Positions 50,301 to 59,110 of a stretch of DNA of 64,000 bases are shown here, piece after piece. Numbering within the stretch: the stretch's first letter is position 1; the number at the start of each line of letters is the position of its first letter. The translations under genes and the position numbers were made by a program. The notes under the pieces were generated by a model. The model saw nothing but the letters and a program-made list of their open reading frames with translations. It was not told where the DNA came from and ran no database searches. The DNA is from an uncultured Acidobacteriota bacterium (GTDB taxonomy: Bacteria; Acidobacteriota; UBA6911), in NCBI GenBank assembly GCA_963827655.1, contig CAWHCF010000023.1, positions 224,001 through 288,000 of the forward strand, written 5' to 3'.

Positions 50301-51664
50301 GTCTCAAAGACCGCATCGCCGCGAGTCTTCAATTCCTCCACGCTGCGTGCAATCAATCGGTCCAGGGACTCGCGGCTTTCGCCTTCCAGGTCGAGCGCGT
50401 AGCGCGGCCCCTTGCGCTTGAGGAAAGCCCCTTGTTCCACCAGCGTATCGAGAATCCGCTTGCAGATCTCCCGGTTCCGGGCTGGATCGAGCTTCGACAC
50501 TTTCAACAAAAGCCACTGGGCCGCTTCCCCGGCATCGAGCTGCTCGCGGCGCGGGGAGAGGTGGACGAGGATCAACAGCTTCAGCAGGCGCCAGGCGAGC
50601 TCCTGCTCAGGCTTCCGGGCGAACAGCGACGGTATCTGCTTCCGGTAATACGGGAGCAGCTTTTGACCCAGGGGCAAGAACTCCGGCTGAATCTCGAACA
50701 GGTCGGCAAAATGGTCGGCGATACAGTCCGGCGTTATGAGCTGCCCCCAGGGTTCATCAAGAAACGGCTGTATACCCCGGGCTTCGTTGCCCAGCAACCG
50801 AGTCAAGGTAAAATCGATGATGCCGCGCGCCTGCGAAAAGCGATCGCGCACCTCTTCGAGCAGTTCCAGGGTGGTTGGATGAAGCGGATAGATTTCGCAA
50901 AACTCGGCGAAATTTACCGAGTCCTTCGGATAAACTTCCATCAGCTCCTTGGCGAGACGCGCTACGGCGGTCGAGTACGACGGCTTCTTGCGCAGAATGC
51001 GCTGCGCGATCAGGTCCTTGACATGGGCGGGAGTGAGCAGGAAGCGGATCGGGTACCGGTCTCTGATCTTGCGGTAAAGGTCATACTCCATTTCGCCGGC
51101 GTGCTCGATCTGCTCCTGAATCGCGCCCAGAACCCACAAGGAATGAGACTGGGCCCATTCGCCCAGGAACTGAAGGAACCTGAGATCTTCGTTGAAGCTC
51201 TGGGGAGAGGGCTTGGAGCGCAGAAACTCGGATAGTTCATCGAGAATCAAAACCAGACCCTGGGGGTATCGTTGCTGGATTCCTTTCCAGCTCACGCGCC
51301 GGTCTGATTGCTCGTGTGTGGCCCCGAGCGCCTCGTTCAGTATGGATTCGAGCGACTGCGAGGATCGATAGTGCAGCAGCGACAGCGCCAGCACCGCAGG
51401 GTTGCGGGAAACAAAAGCGCTGCCTTCGAGCTGCTGGGTCAGGTAAGCCAGGAAATGCGACTTTCCCGCGCCGTAGTGGCCGATCAGGAAAATGCCGCAA
51501 CCGGTTTCCTTGGCAAGCAGGAGTCTGAGCGACTGAAAATGCCGTTCGACTTCTTCGGTAATATAGTATCGATCGCTGATCCAGGAGGAATCGGCCTCCT
51601 TGAGTTGATCGAGGCGCACCACAGTGGGCTGCGCCAAAACGTCGACGTGGTCGCGAATCTTCAA
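47381..51664 (-). CDS. BrxC/DUF6079-type P-loop ATPase fused to a C-terminal PglZ-like (alkaline phosphatase fold) domain
   Basis: MKIRDHVDV..PTVVRL start, GHYGAGKSH Walker A, LILDE Walker B, KIRDRY, YPLHP, C..PVCRCGF; C-terminal WIVIDALG, QTST, IDTLIH, GDHGF, HGGPSTLERITP. Confidence 0.8.
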   Translation of the reverse strand: MKIRDHVDVLAQPTVVRLDQLKEADSSWISDRYYITEEVERHFQSLRLLLAKETGCGIFLIGHYGAGKSHFLAYLTQQLEGSAFVSRNPAVLALSLLHYRSSQSLESILNEALGATHEQSDRRVSWKGIQQRYPQGLVLILDELSEFLRSKPSPQSFNEDLRFLQFLGEWAQSHSLWVLGAIQEQIEHAGEMEYDLYRKIRDRYPIRFLLTPAHVKDLIAQRILRKKPSYSTAVARLAKELMEVYPKDSVNFAEFCEIYPLHPTTLELLEEVRDRFSQARGIIDFTLTRLLGNEARGIQPFLDEPWGQLITPDCIADHFADLFEIQPEFLPLGQKLLPYYRKQIPSLFARKPEQELAWRLLKLLILVHLSPRREQLDAGEAAQWLLLKVSKLDPARNREICKRILDTLVEQGAFLKRKGPRYALDLEGESRESLDRLIARSVEELKTRGDAVFETLLESLARSDFNPFTLPRDRWHARNLRWYFHDREVQFYLGGGTPPEAAGPALQIGIPWGPPAEGTGCFRIVPRKLELGPEVLELAALYQLRERPLAGRVLQQVGERIAGRSSWFSSLVRAAYNDAAVFDPTGAQTGAPIDAMQGGQTAWLNAYGEWLLRQTYPLFERFAPSHGPLPKEAYRQFMKYSTEHDLGAEEAPEFVKLIREAYLVPMRLMQRRGADYAMNPRLDGHELVRLIAPILEHHPSPARIYQNLAGPVYGLVPDQIHLLLLTLLIQGEIDILKGQRSYREIYQTLIKPLQYDKIVPGRALTLNQLRDLEVLCEGFDVSIPKQWTVLAQKRAIEQLRKFGGSQRDRLGDFLAQLQREQETGDLSDRVEKLIAAWLALEKGEHELQGLQHFLFAIGSPPRFVNEAREMMTLPPRFEKLLREAQRFRHLFGYPSLSGCEDPGVRAGFETLGPAPALAQPEKLEAWLTQAQAVYEKYRHWYRRRHEEWRESVGRHAVWSYQIPRMARSRHLAAQDLVSELQSLKAKAQAERCAGMSPLDFQPVCRCGFDGRESPLGETLSRFEKAEKRLEQELELFFQQDKVKMRIQEWVDQKLELNTQALSYLEGKAGYPDVENLSLFDQHLSGVELVQTVCAETLVDLLGERLWEKSALLEELERFLSSLGSRITFRRREPARGTDLLAWAAEQALRHGSPLPAVLSPAEQSIIAGLIEPKWVAEESLLKLEQMELGEEAVRRILSMVLDGLVPAPKSRPSRGAVAAALELLAPQQPASPEILAEKVSSLYQQNERFLELRPQLWLTRLNQLAEIELSPSPCLLASVLRRHLNAQWIVIDALGLPLLATVRETLRDCLARWKMEAIEFGLVSRQTSTDEFYRALIDEGLQKPFEKLDGIDTLIHNRRSDLDSLARLTRAELEVGLRRIVPRLDPGQPVVVFGDHGFRLGLDGRAFSHGGPSTLERITPVLVLRPS

Positions 51665-51680
51665 TAGGGACCTGCTCTAA

Positions 51681-51912
51681 GGGTTCGCGCAGAAATAAGT
51701 TCGCATTCTGCTGCAGGCCCCCAGGCCCGCTGGCGAGGCGCGAGCGACGATGCGTACCCGGTGCGGTACGTGAGGAGCGAGCAACAAAGCCAGCGGGCCT
51801 GCGGGCCGCAGCCCGAAGGGGCGCGATCCTCAGCGTGCTTAGCGAACAGAAACCGGTTCATGATTGACACAGACTCTCGCGCCAGAATGTGAAGTGATTT
51901 ATGCGCGAGCCC
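51681..51912. mobile_element. 232-bp MITE with TAA target duplication
   Basis: 16-bp TIRs GGGTTCGCGCAGAAAT / GGGCTCGCGCATAAAT (14/16), TAA on both flanks, internal long palindrome with central CGTACC-GGTACG. Confidence 0.75.
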
Positions 51913-51964
51913 TAAGTACCCTGTTTGCTTTCTGAATGTACCATAGACTCTTCGCGTCCCGGCG

Positions 51965-52991
51965 GTGGATTCCTTTTCAATCATTGACCGCGAAGTCCGG
52001 AAGACGCAAGGAAAGTCAGCGAAATTGTCCAAGCAGTTCCTTCAAGCTCTGCAGCGTAACCTGCGGCAAGCTTTGAACCAGAATCATGCCGACGAAGCCG
52101 CCGAGATCCTCGACCGCCTCAAGAAGGAGGACCCGCTGTCGCTGGAGACGCGCGGGTTCGAGCTCGAGTTCTACTTGAAATCAAACCGGCTGAGCGAAGC
52201 CGAATCCCTCGCCCGGCAGCTCTGTCACCTGTTCCCGCAGTCGGCCCGAATATTTCCTGTTGGCCGGAAAAGTGGCCTACCGGCAGAAGCGCTACCTGGA
52301 GGCAGAGGCTCGCTTTCGGGAAAGCCATCGGATATTTCCGCACTGGCGCACCGCGCACTGGCTCGGGAAGACCCTTACTCAGTCGGGGAAACTCGAGGAG
52401 GCCGAGCCGCTTCTGCTCGGCGTCGTCGAGCATTCCGGCAACGCGCGACTCGATCTGGCCTGGCTTTACGAGAGGCGAAACGATTTCGATGGTGCGCTCA
52501 AGCAGTACGATGCCTTTCTCGAGCACAACCCGGCTCACACGTTCGCAATCGAACAACAGAAGCGCCTGAAGGCGAAAATCCTCGATCCGGACGCTTTGAT
52601 CGAGGAGGTCGACGCACTCGCCGAGTGGGGAGAGCAGATTCCGGACGCGCTCGTTTCAGAGCTCGTGGAGAAGCTGTTTCAAACCGGCGACAGCCTGCGT
52701 GCCCGCGCCGAAATCACGGCGCGGCTGGGGAAATTCGATACCCGTTTGGGAGTTCGGGTCGCATGGGTTTGCCACAAGTATCAGGCCTATGATCTGGCCT
52801 TGAGCCTTTTCCAGGCATTTCTTCCAGCCAATCTGTCGAACTACAAATACCTGAGGGCGCTCGAGTCGGCTGCAGCCCGGTGTCATCGTGTGCCACAGGT
52901 CATCGAGGCTTATCGAGCGCTGGCAGGGCAGGCTCCGCATCTCCACGGCCGCATCAAGTCGCTGGCCCGGCGCAGTCCGCGTGAAGCATAA
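51965..52991 (+). CDS. Tetratricopeptide-repeat protein, frameshift near 52253
   Basis: Helical TPR-like repeats (AGKVAYRQKRYLEAEARF, WLGKTLTQSGKLEEA, LAWLYERRNDFDGA); ORFs 51965..52792 and 52260..52991 join after one extra T; no signal peptide. Confidence 0.78.
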
Positions 52992-53055
52992 CAGCCGAAC
53001 TGGAGTGGCGACGCGCTTCGCCAAACCAGGGCGCGAAGCGAGCTCTTAACCTTAC

Positions 53056-53276
53056 GCGCGGGTCATCAAAGGCTTCTTGCAAAACCACCCGTCATGTCGG
53101 ACGGGCTATAGCCCGTCCGGCCTCCTAGCGGCACAAATGAAGTTCAAGGCTAAGCCCTCCCGATTTTCCTACTGGGCAACGGGCCAGATGGCCCGTTGCC
53201 ACAGAAGGCTCGGAAAGTGTCCAAGCCAATCGGCGGGTCGCAGCTGAGTTTTGCTACAGTCTCTGATGACCCGCGC
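53056..53276. mobile_element. MITE-like element, family A copy 3
   Basis: TIRs GCGCGGGTCATCAAAGGCTTCTTGCAAAAC / reverse complement GCGCGGGTCATCAGAGACTGTAGCAAAAC; internal CGGACGGGCTATAGCCCGTCCG. Confidence 0.68.
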
Positions 53277-53491
53277 CACACTAACGTATCGACTGCAAAA
53301 GACTATACAACGGCTTTGTGTTGAGAGTATTTTATCGTCGCGGCCTCCCTCCACGCTGGAGCCCGGCATCATCGTGCTAATCGTAGAACCGTTGGATTTC
53401 TCGCGCGCGCCTTGCCTGGCGCAGCCGCTGCTCAGCACGACGTCAAGCCGATAAGGCCGTTGTGCAATCGAACCCGAGAAAGGAGTCATGC

Positions 53492-54196
53492 ATGGCACTG
53501 AGTAATCGCTTGGCGGCCGAGTTCATCGGCACCTTCTGGCTGGTTCTGGGTGGCTGTGGCAGTGCTGTTCTGGCGGCAGCATTTCCAGATGTCGGAATTG
53601 GTTTGCTGGGGGTATCGTTCGCTTTCGGACTTACGGTGCTGACTATGGCCTATGCAATTGGCCACATCTCCGGCTGTCACCTGAATCCCGCGGTGTCGGT
53701 CGGCCTGAACGTCGGTGGTCGCTTCAAAACGTCGGACCTGCTTCCGTATATTGTTGCCCAGGTCCTTGGCGCAATTGTTGCCGCCGCGGTGCTGTATTTT
53801 ATCGCAAGTGGAAAAGCGGGCTTCGATGTCAGCGGTGGTCTTGCGTCCAATGGATACGGGGAACATTCTCCCGGTGGCTATTCGCTGGCCGCCGGGCTTG
53901 TCACCGAGGTCTTAATGACCTTCATGTTCCTCATAATCATCCTGGGCGCCACCGACGAGCGCGCACCCAAGGGATTGGCGCCGATCGCCATCGGGCTGGG
54001 TCTCACGCTGATTCACCTCATAAGCATCCCAGTTACCAATACCTCGGTTAACCCGGCGCGTAGCACCGGACCTGCCGTGATCGTTGGCAGCTGGGCACTC
54101 GGCCAGCTCTGGCTGTTTTGGATAGCGCCGATCATCGGAGCCGCGCTTGCGGGTGTCGTATATCGCTGGCTCGGTGGCGCCAAGAGCCAGGCGTGA
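53492..54196 (+). CDS. aqpZ: Aquaporin Z
   Basis: [38 protein letters not shown]. Confidence 0.96.
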   Translation: MALSNRLAAEFIGTFWLVLGGCGSAVLAAAFPDVGIGLLGVSFAFGLTVLTMAYAIGHISGCHLNPAVSVGLNVGGRFKTSDLLPYIVAQVLGAIVAAAVLYFIASGKAGFDVSGGLASNGYGEHSPGGYSLAAGLVTEVLMTFMFLIIILGATDERAPKGLAPIAIGLGLTLIHLISIPVTNTSVNPARSTGPAVIVGSWALGQLWLFWIAPIIGAALAGVVYRWLGGAKSQA

Positions 54197-54253
54197 CAAC
54201 GGCATTCAGCCGCCGTCGGTCAGGGTTCGCGTCTGGTTGTCCCCGGCCTCAGA

Positions 54254-54400
54254 AGTTGTGAAAAAATTCAGCGAATGGACCTCGATTGACCGGGAGTCCT
54301 TTGGCTTGTGTGGCGCGGGTCTGATGACCCTGTCGCAAAACTCGCCCGGTTCATGTGCGGACGGGCTATAAGCCCGTCCGGCTCCCTAGTGGCACAAATG
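54254..54400. mobile_element. MITE-like element, family A copy 4 (partial)
   Basis: Similar to 8136-8265 over about 130 bp, including CTGTCGCAAAACTCGC and the hairpin. Confidence 0.6.
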
Positions 54401-54473
54401 AACTCGCGGCTGGGATTAAATTTCCAGTTATGGTGAGCGCACAAGGCGCGGCCACATAAAAACGGAGGCCGAG

Positions 54474-54968
54474 GTGCAAGTGAAGACGCGCCTGGCAAAG
54501 TGGTCGTTGATTCTGCTCTGCTTTTCGATGGCCGGGGCGATCGGGGGAGGACTCTACGAGCACATCGTGTTGATTCCTCTTTGGAGCCCATCGCCACCTT
54601 CATCCTTCTCAGTGATTCAACCCGGCACCGGAGTGCCCCTTCAGCGCTTCTGGATCCCGGTTCACGCGGCCATTACCATCTTCCTTCTCCTGTCGCTGTT
54701 CGTGACCTGGAAGGAAGGCAAGATCCGGCGTTTACTTCTCATTGGTCTCGCTTCCTATCTCGTCATGCGGGTGTGGAGCGCCTTGTTCTTCATCCCCGAG
54801 ATGCTCGAGTTTCAGAAGGTGCCTCTTGATTCCCCTCCCTCGGCAGATCTTTCCGCCCGAGTCGCGAGCTGGATCTTCTGGACGTGGTTCAGGGAGCCTT
54901 TGGACATCGTCTCGTTTCTGTGCTTTCTGCTGGCTCTGTTCTGGTGTAACAGACCTTCCCAGGCCTGA
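54474..54968 (+). CDS. Four-TM membrane protein (DUF1772/anthrone-oxygenase-like)
   Basis: GGGLYE..V..P.W, FWIPVH, FFIPE, W..W...R; hydrophobic helices. Confidence 0.6.
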   Translation: MQVKTRLAKWSLILLCFSMAGAIGGGLYEHIVLIPLWSPSPPSSFSVIQPGTGVPLQRFWIPVHAAITIFLLLSLFVTWKEGKIRRLLLIGLASYLVMRVWSALFFIPEMLEFQKVPLDSPPSADLSARVASWIFWTWFREPLDIVSFLCFLLALFWCNRPSQA

Positions 54969-54982
54969 CGGCTCCCGTCCAC

Positions 54983-55052
54983 TTCGCGTTTCTTCGTGTC
55001 TTCGCGTGTTAGTGCGGCGGACAAAACCAACCACGAAGACTCGAAGAAACGT
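54983..55052. repeat. Octamer (ACACGAAG-type) inverted repeat
   Basis: Near-duplicate of 46644-46720, including the spacer TTAGTGCGGCGGA.CAAAACCAACCACGAAG. Confidence 0.75.
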
Positions 55053-55085
55053 TATAATGCGCCGCATTCTTCCGGGGATCGACGA

Positions 55086-57624
55086 ATGAAGCCGTTGAGC
55101 GAACTTCGACAGTTTAACCTTTCTATGGATCGGTGTCTTACTCCTTACCCTGGCCGCCGCCCATCCTCAAGATCAAGTCGGCGACAGGGTCTTCGAGCAG
55201 GAGGTCCAGCCGATCCTGCAAGCCCGCTGCATGCCCTGTCACGACGCCAAGACGCGCTCGAGCGGCCTGTCGGTCCTGACCAAGGCAGATCTGCTCGCCG
55301 GCGGTGCGCGGCGCGGACCGGCCGTTGTGCCCGGCGATCCCGAGTCCAGCGCCCTGATCAAGATGCTCTACGGCCAGATCTCTCCGCAGATGCCCTTCGG
55401 GCAGGATCCCCTTCCCGCCGAGCGGATCAATCAGATCGCGGCCTGGGTCCGGGGTCTGAAACCTGAAGCCGTGTCGCAGGCGGTTAACGAGAAATGGTGG
55501 GCGTTCCAGCCCGTGAAGAGAACCGAGGCGCCCGCGGTAAAGAACTCTTCCTGGGCTCGCAACGACATCGACCGCTTCGTCCTCCAGAAACTCGAAGCGA
55601 AAGGTTTAGCGCCGTCACCCGAGTCTCCGAAGCAGATCCTGCTGCGACGGGCATTCTTCGATCTGGTCGGGATGCCGCCCACACCCGAAGAAGCGATGGC
55701 TTTTCTGAGCGACAATCTGCCCGATGCCTATGAGAGGCTGATCGAGCGTCTGCTGGCCGATCCCCGGTATGGCGAAAGGTGGGGACGGCACTGGCTTGAT
55801 CTTGCCCGATATGCCGATACCCAGGGTTTCGAGGCCGATCGCGAGAACTACCACATGTGGCGGTACCGCGACTACGTGATCCGGGCCTTCAACGATGACA
55901 AGCCTTACGACCGGTTCATCCAGGAACAAATTGCGGGGGACGAGCTGGCGCCCCAGCCGCCCGAGGCCCAAATCGCCCTGGGCTTCCTCCGTCTCGGCCC
56001 GCGCTTCCAGACCACCATTGTCAGAGAGGCGCGACAGCTGATGCTGGATGAGATCACCTCCACCATTGGATCGGTCTTCCTCGGCCTCACGATGAAGTGC
56101 GCCCAGTGTCACGACCACAAGTACGATCCTATCCCTCAGAAGGACTTTTATCGCCTGCAGGCTTTTTTGCTTCCCGTCGAGGTTGTGGATCGTCCGTTCC
56201 AGTTCACAGACCCGGAACTGCGCGCGAAGATGGAGCGGGCCCATGCCGAAACCAGCGCGCGCCTGAAGAGCGATGAGGCGAAATTCAAGACCTATCAGCA
56301 GGCGTTGATGGCCAGACTGAGTGATCCGGCAGACAAGGCCGCCGCTGATACCGACGATGATGAAGGCGCGCCCGGAAAGATCGACCCGAGGATCGCGAAC
56401 CTGGAAAGGCGGATCTACCGGGTTGACGCCAATGCGCTGACGCCCAATGCCGAGGATTCAACCTTTACCCTCGAGGAGAAAGAGAAATATCTCGATCTGC
56501 TGAGCTACGTCGACGGAACCCGGGGTGGACGCGACATGGGATTGACCCGGCGCCAGCTCACGCGATATGAGCCGAAAGCGCACACGGTCAAGAATGCCGA
56601 TAACTCCGCGCTCGGACCCGCTCTTCCCGTGGCGCACGTGCGCATCCGAGGTGAGTACAACCACCTGGGTGAAATCGTGGAGCCCGGGTTTCTCAGCGCG
56701 GTCATTGGTAAACCCGATCCTGCGGTTCTGCCGGCAGACCGATTCGGCAACGTCCGGGCCTGGCGGACGCCGCTGGCCAACTGGATTGCCAGCCCTGAAA
56801 ACCCATTGACGGCCCGCGTGATGGTGAATCGGATCTGGCAATACCATTTCGGCAACGGCATCGTGACCACTCCGAGCGACTTTGGCCGCAACGGATCACG
56901 CCCCACACATCCCGAGCTGCTCGATTGGCTCGCGCTGAAGTTCGTCGAGAGCAAGTGGAGTATCAAAGCGATCCATCGGCTCATGATGACCTCCAGCACC
57001 TATCGACAGACGTCGCTGGGGCCGGCCGAGAAAAAATGCGAAGAGGTCGACCCCGGAAATCTGCTGCTCTGGCGTATGAACCGACAACGCCTGGAAGGTG
57101 AGATTATCCGGGATAGCGTCCTGGCCGTCAGCGGACTGTTGAATCCCGACCGAGGGGGACCCGGTGTCTTTCCGCGCTTGCCCGCGGCGATGTCGGAGCG
57201 TCTGCGAATCAAGAACCTGCCCATCTGGGAACCGAGTGACGGCCCCGAAACGCGCAAGCGCTCCGTGTATATCTATCAGCGCCGCCAGCTGGAAGTCCCG
57301 TTCCTCTCTGTGATGGATGCGCCCGTTTTCCAAACGTCGTGTGAACGGCGCGGGGTCTCGACCACGGCCCTCCAGTCGCTCATGATGCTGAACGGAGATC
57401 TGGTCTCGCAGGAGGCGGTTCATTTCGCCGAGCGCGTGGCCCGCGAGGCCGGCCCGAAGCCCTCGGAGCAAATCCAGCGGGCGTTTCAACTCGCTCTGGC
57501 GCGGCCACCGACGGCCGAGGAGTTGAAGGAAGCACGCGATTTTCTTGCGGCGGCAGACAAAGAAGGACTCGTCGGCCTTTGCCGAATCCTCTTCAACACG
57601 AACGAGTTTGTCTATGTGGATTAA
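55086..57624 (+). CDS. Planctomycete-type cytochrome c / PSCyt2 / PSD1 protein (probable indel near 55115)
   Basis: Signal peptide and FEQEVQPILQARCMPCH lie in frame upstream of 55231; YGERWGRHWLD, CAQCHDHKYDP, THPELLDWLA, EFVYVD. Confidence 0.9.
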
Positions 57625-59071
57625 TGATCGCGACGGCCTGCCCTTGTCACGCAGGGAGCTGCTCTTCCGTTGTTGGAACGGAATCGGTTCGGTGGCCTTG
57701 ACTTCGCTTTTATTGCGCGAGACGGCGTCAGCCGCCGAGAAGACCTTGCTCAACCCGTGGGCGCCGAAGCGGCCGCACTTCGCGCCCAAGGCCAAGAACT
57801 GCATCTATCTGTTCATGTCGGGCGGGGTCAGCCAGGTCGACACCTTTGACTACAAGCCGGAGCTGGAGAAGCTGGCCGGGAAACCGCTGCCGAAGATTGA
57901 AGGCGTTACCGGCGAGATCGAGGCCTTCTTGAAAGAGCCGCACCAGGCGATGCCGAACCGGTACCCGTTCGCTCGCGCCGGGAAATCGGGACGATACCTG
58001 TCGACACTCTTTGAACACCTGTCGGCCTGCATTGACGATCTTGCCTTCGTGCACGGAATCAAGGTGGACAGCAATAATCACTCCCCGGCGACCATGCACG
58101 TCAATACCGGCTCGGTTTTCCAGGGAAATCCTTCCGTCGGCGCCTGGGTAACTTACGGCCTCGGGAGTGAAAACCAGAATCTGCCGGGCTACATCGTGCT
58201 CCACGATCATCGGGGCGGGCCGGTCAACGGCTCGGCCGTGTGGCAGGGGGGGTATCTGCCGGCAACCTACCAGGGAACCTCGCTCCGTCCCACCGGAGAC
58301 CCGATACTTCATCTGACTTCGCCTCCAGGGATGACTCGAGAGCGCCTCCGGCGAGAGCTTGACCTTCTTCGCCGGATCAACGAGAAACATGCGGCCGCGC
58401 GCGCGGCCGCCGATGACCTCGAGGCTCGCATCGCCGCCTATGAACTCGCCTTTCGCATGCAAGCCGAGGCGCCCGAAGTAGTCGATGTTTCGCGCGAGCC
58501 CGAGCAGATCAAAAAGCTCTACGGGTTGGACAATCCCGTTACCGAGCCGTTCGGCAGGCAGTGCCTGCTGGCCCGGCGCCTGGTGGAAAAAGGAGTGCGC
58601 TTCGTCCTGCTGATTCATGGCTGGGAAAACGGGGCTTATAGCTGGGATCATCACCGGGAGCTGAAAGAACAGCTGCTCCCACGCGTGCGCGAGGTCGATA
58701 AGCCGGTTGCGGCCTTGCTCACGGATCTCAAGGCGCGAGGCCTCTTCGACGAAACCCTCGTGGTCTGGACGTCGGAGATGGGGCGCACGCCCTTCGCCGA
58801 AGGAATCAAAGAACGGCCCGGACGTAATCACAACCAGTATGGCCTGGTGAGCTGGTTCGCCGGCGGCGGCATCCGGGGCGGCGCCACGGCGGGCCGGACC
58901 GACGATTTCGGTCTCAAAGCCGCGGGAGAACCGATCCCGATCCGAGACCTCCACGCGACCGTACTTCATTTACTGGGTCTCGATCAGACGGCTCTCACGT
59001 ACCTCCACGAAGGGCGTTTCAAGAGATTGACCGACACAGGCGGCTCGGTTCTGAAAGAGATCCTGGCCTAG
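57614..59071 (+). CDS. DUF1501 (sulfatase-like, Tat) protein
   Basis: SRRELL, YLFMSGGVSQVDTFD, PSVGAWVTYGLGSE, WDHH, EMGRTP, DLHATVLHLLG. Confidence 0.9.
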   Translation: MWINDRDGLPLSRRELLFRCWNGIGSVALTSLLLRETASAAEKTLLNPWAPKRPHFAPKAKNCIYLFMSGGVSQVDTFDYKPELEKLAGKPLPKIEGVTGEIEAFLKEPHQAMPNRYPFARAGKSGRYLSTLFEHLSACIDDLAFVHGIKVDSNNHSPATMHVNTGSVFQGNPSVGAWVTYGLGSENQNLPGYIVLHDHRGGPVNGSAVWQGGYLPATYQGTSLRPTGDPILHLTSPPGMTRERLRRELDLLRRINEKHAAARAAADDLEARIAAYELAFRMQAEAPEVVDVSREPEQIKKLYGLDNPVTEPFGRQCLLARRLVEKGVRFVLLIHGWENGAYSWDHHRELKEQLLPRVREVDKPVAALLTDLKARGLFDETLVVWTSEMGRTPFAEGIKERPGRNHNQYGLVSWFAGGGIRGGATAGRTDDFGLKAAGEPIPIRDLHATVLHLLGLDQTALTYLHEGRFKRLTDTGGSVLKEILA

Positions 59072-59110
59072 AAATCGATCACACGAAGACGCGAGACAAC
59101 TCGCGAACCG

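Noticed and set aside
51661-52032. 123-aa minus-strand ORF upstream of the ATPase as a system component
   Set aside because: Mostly reads through the MITE and overlaps the TPR start; no recognisable domain.
47381-52991. Calling the locus a canonical BREX system
   Set aside because: No pglX/pglXI, brxA, brxB/brxF, brxL or brxH genes in the window; only BrxC-like and PglZ-like parts in one ORF.
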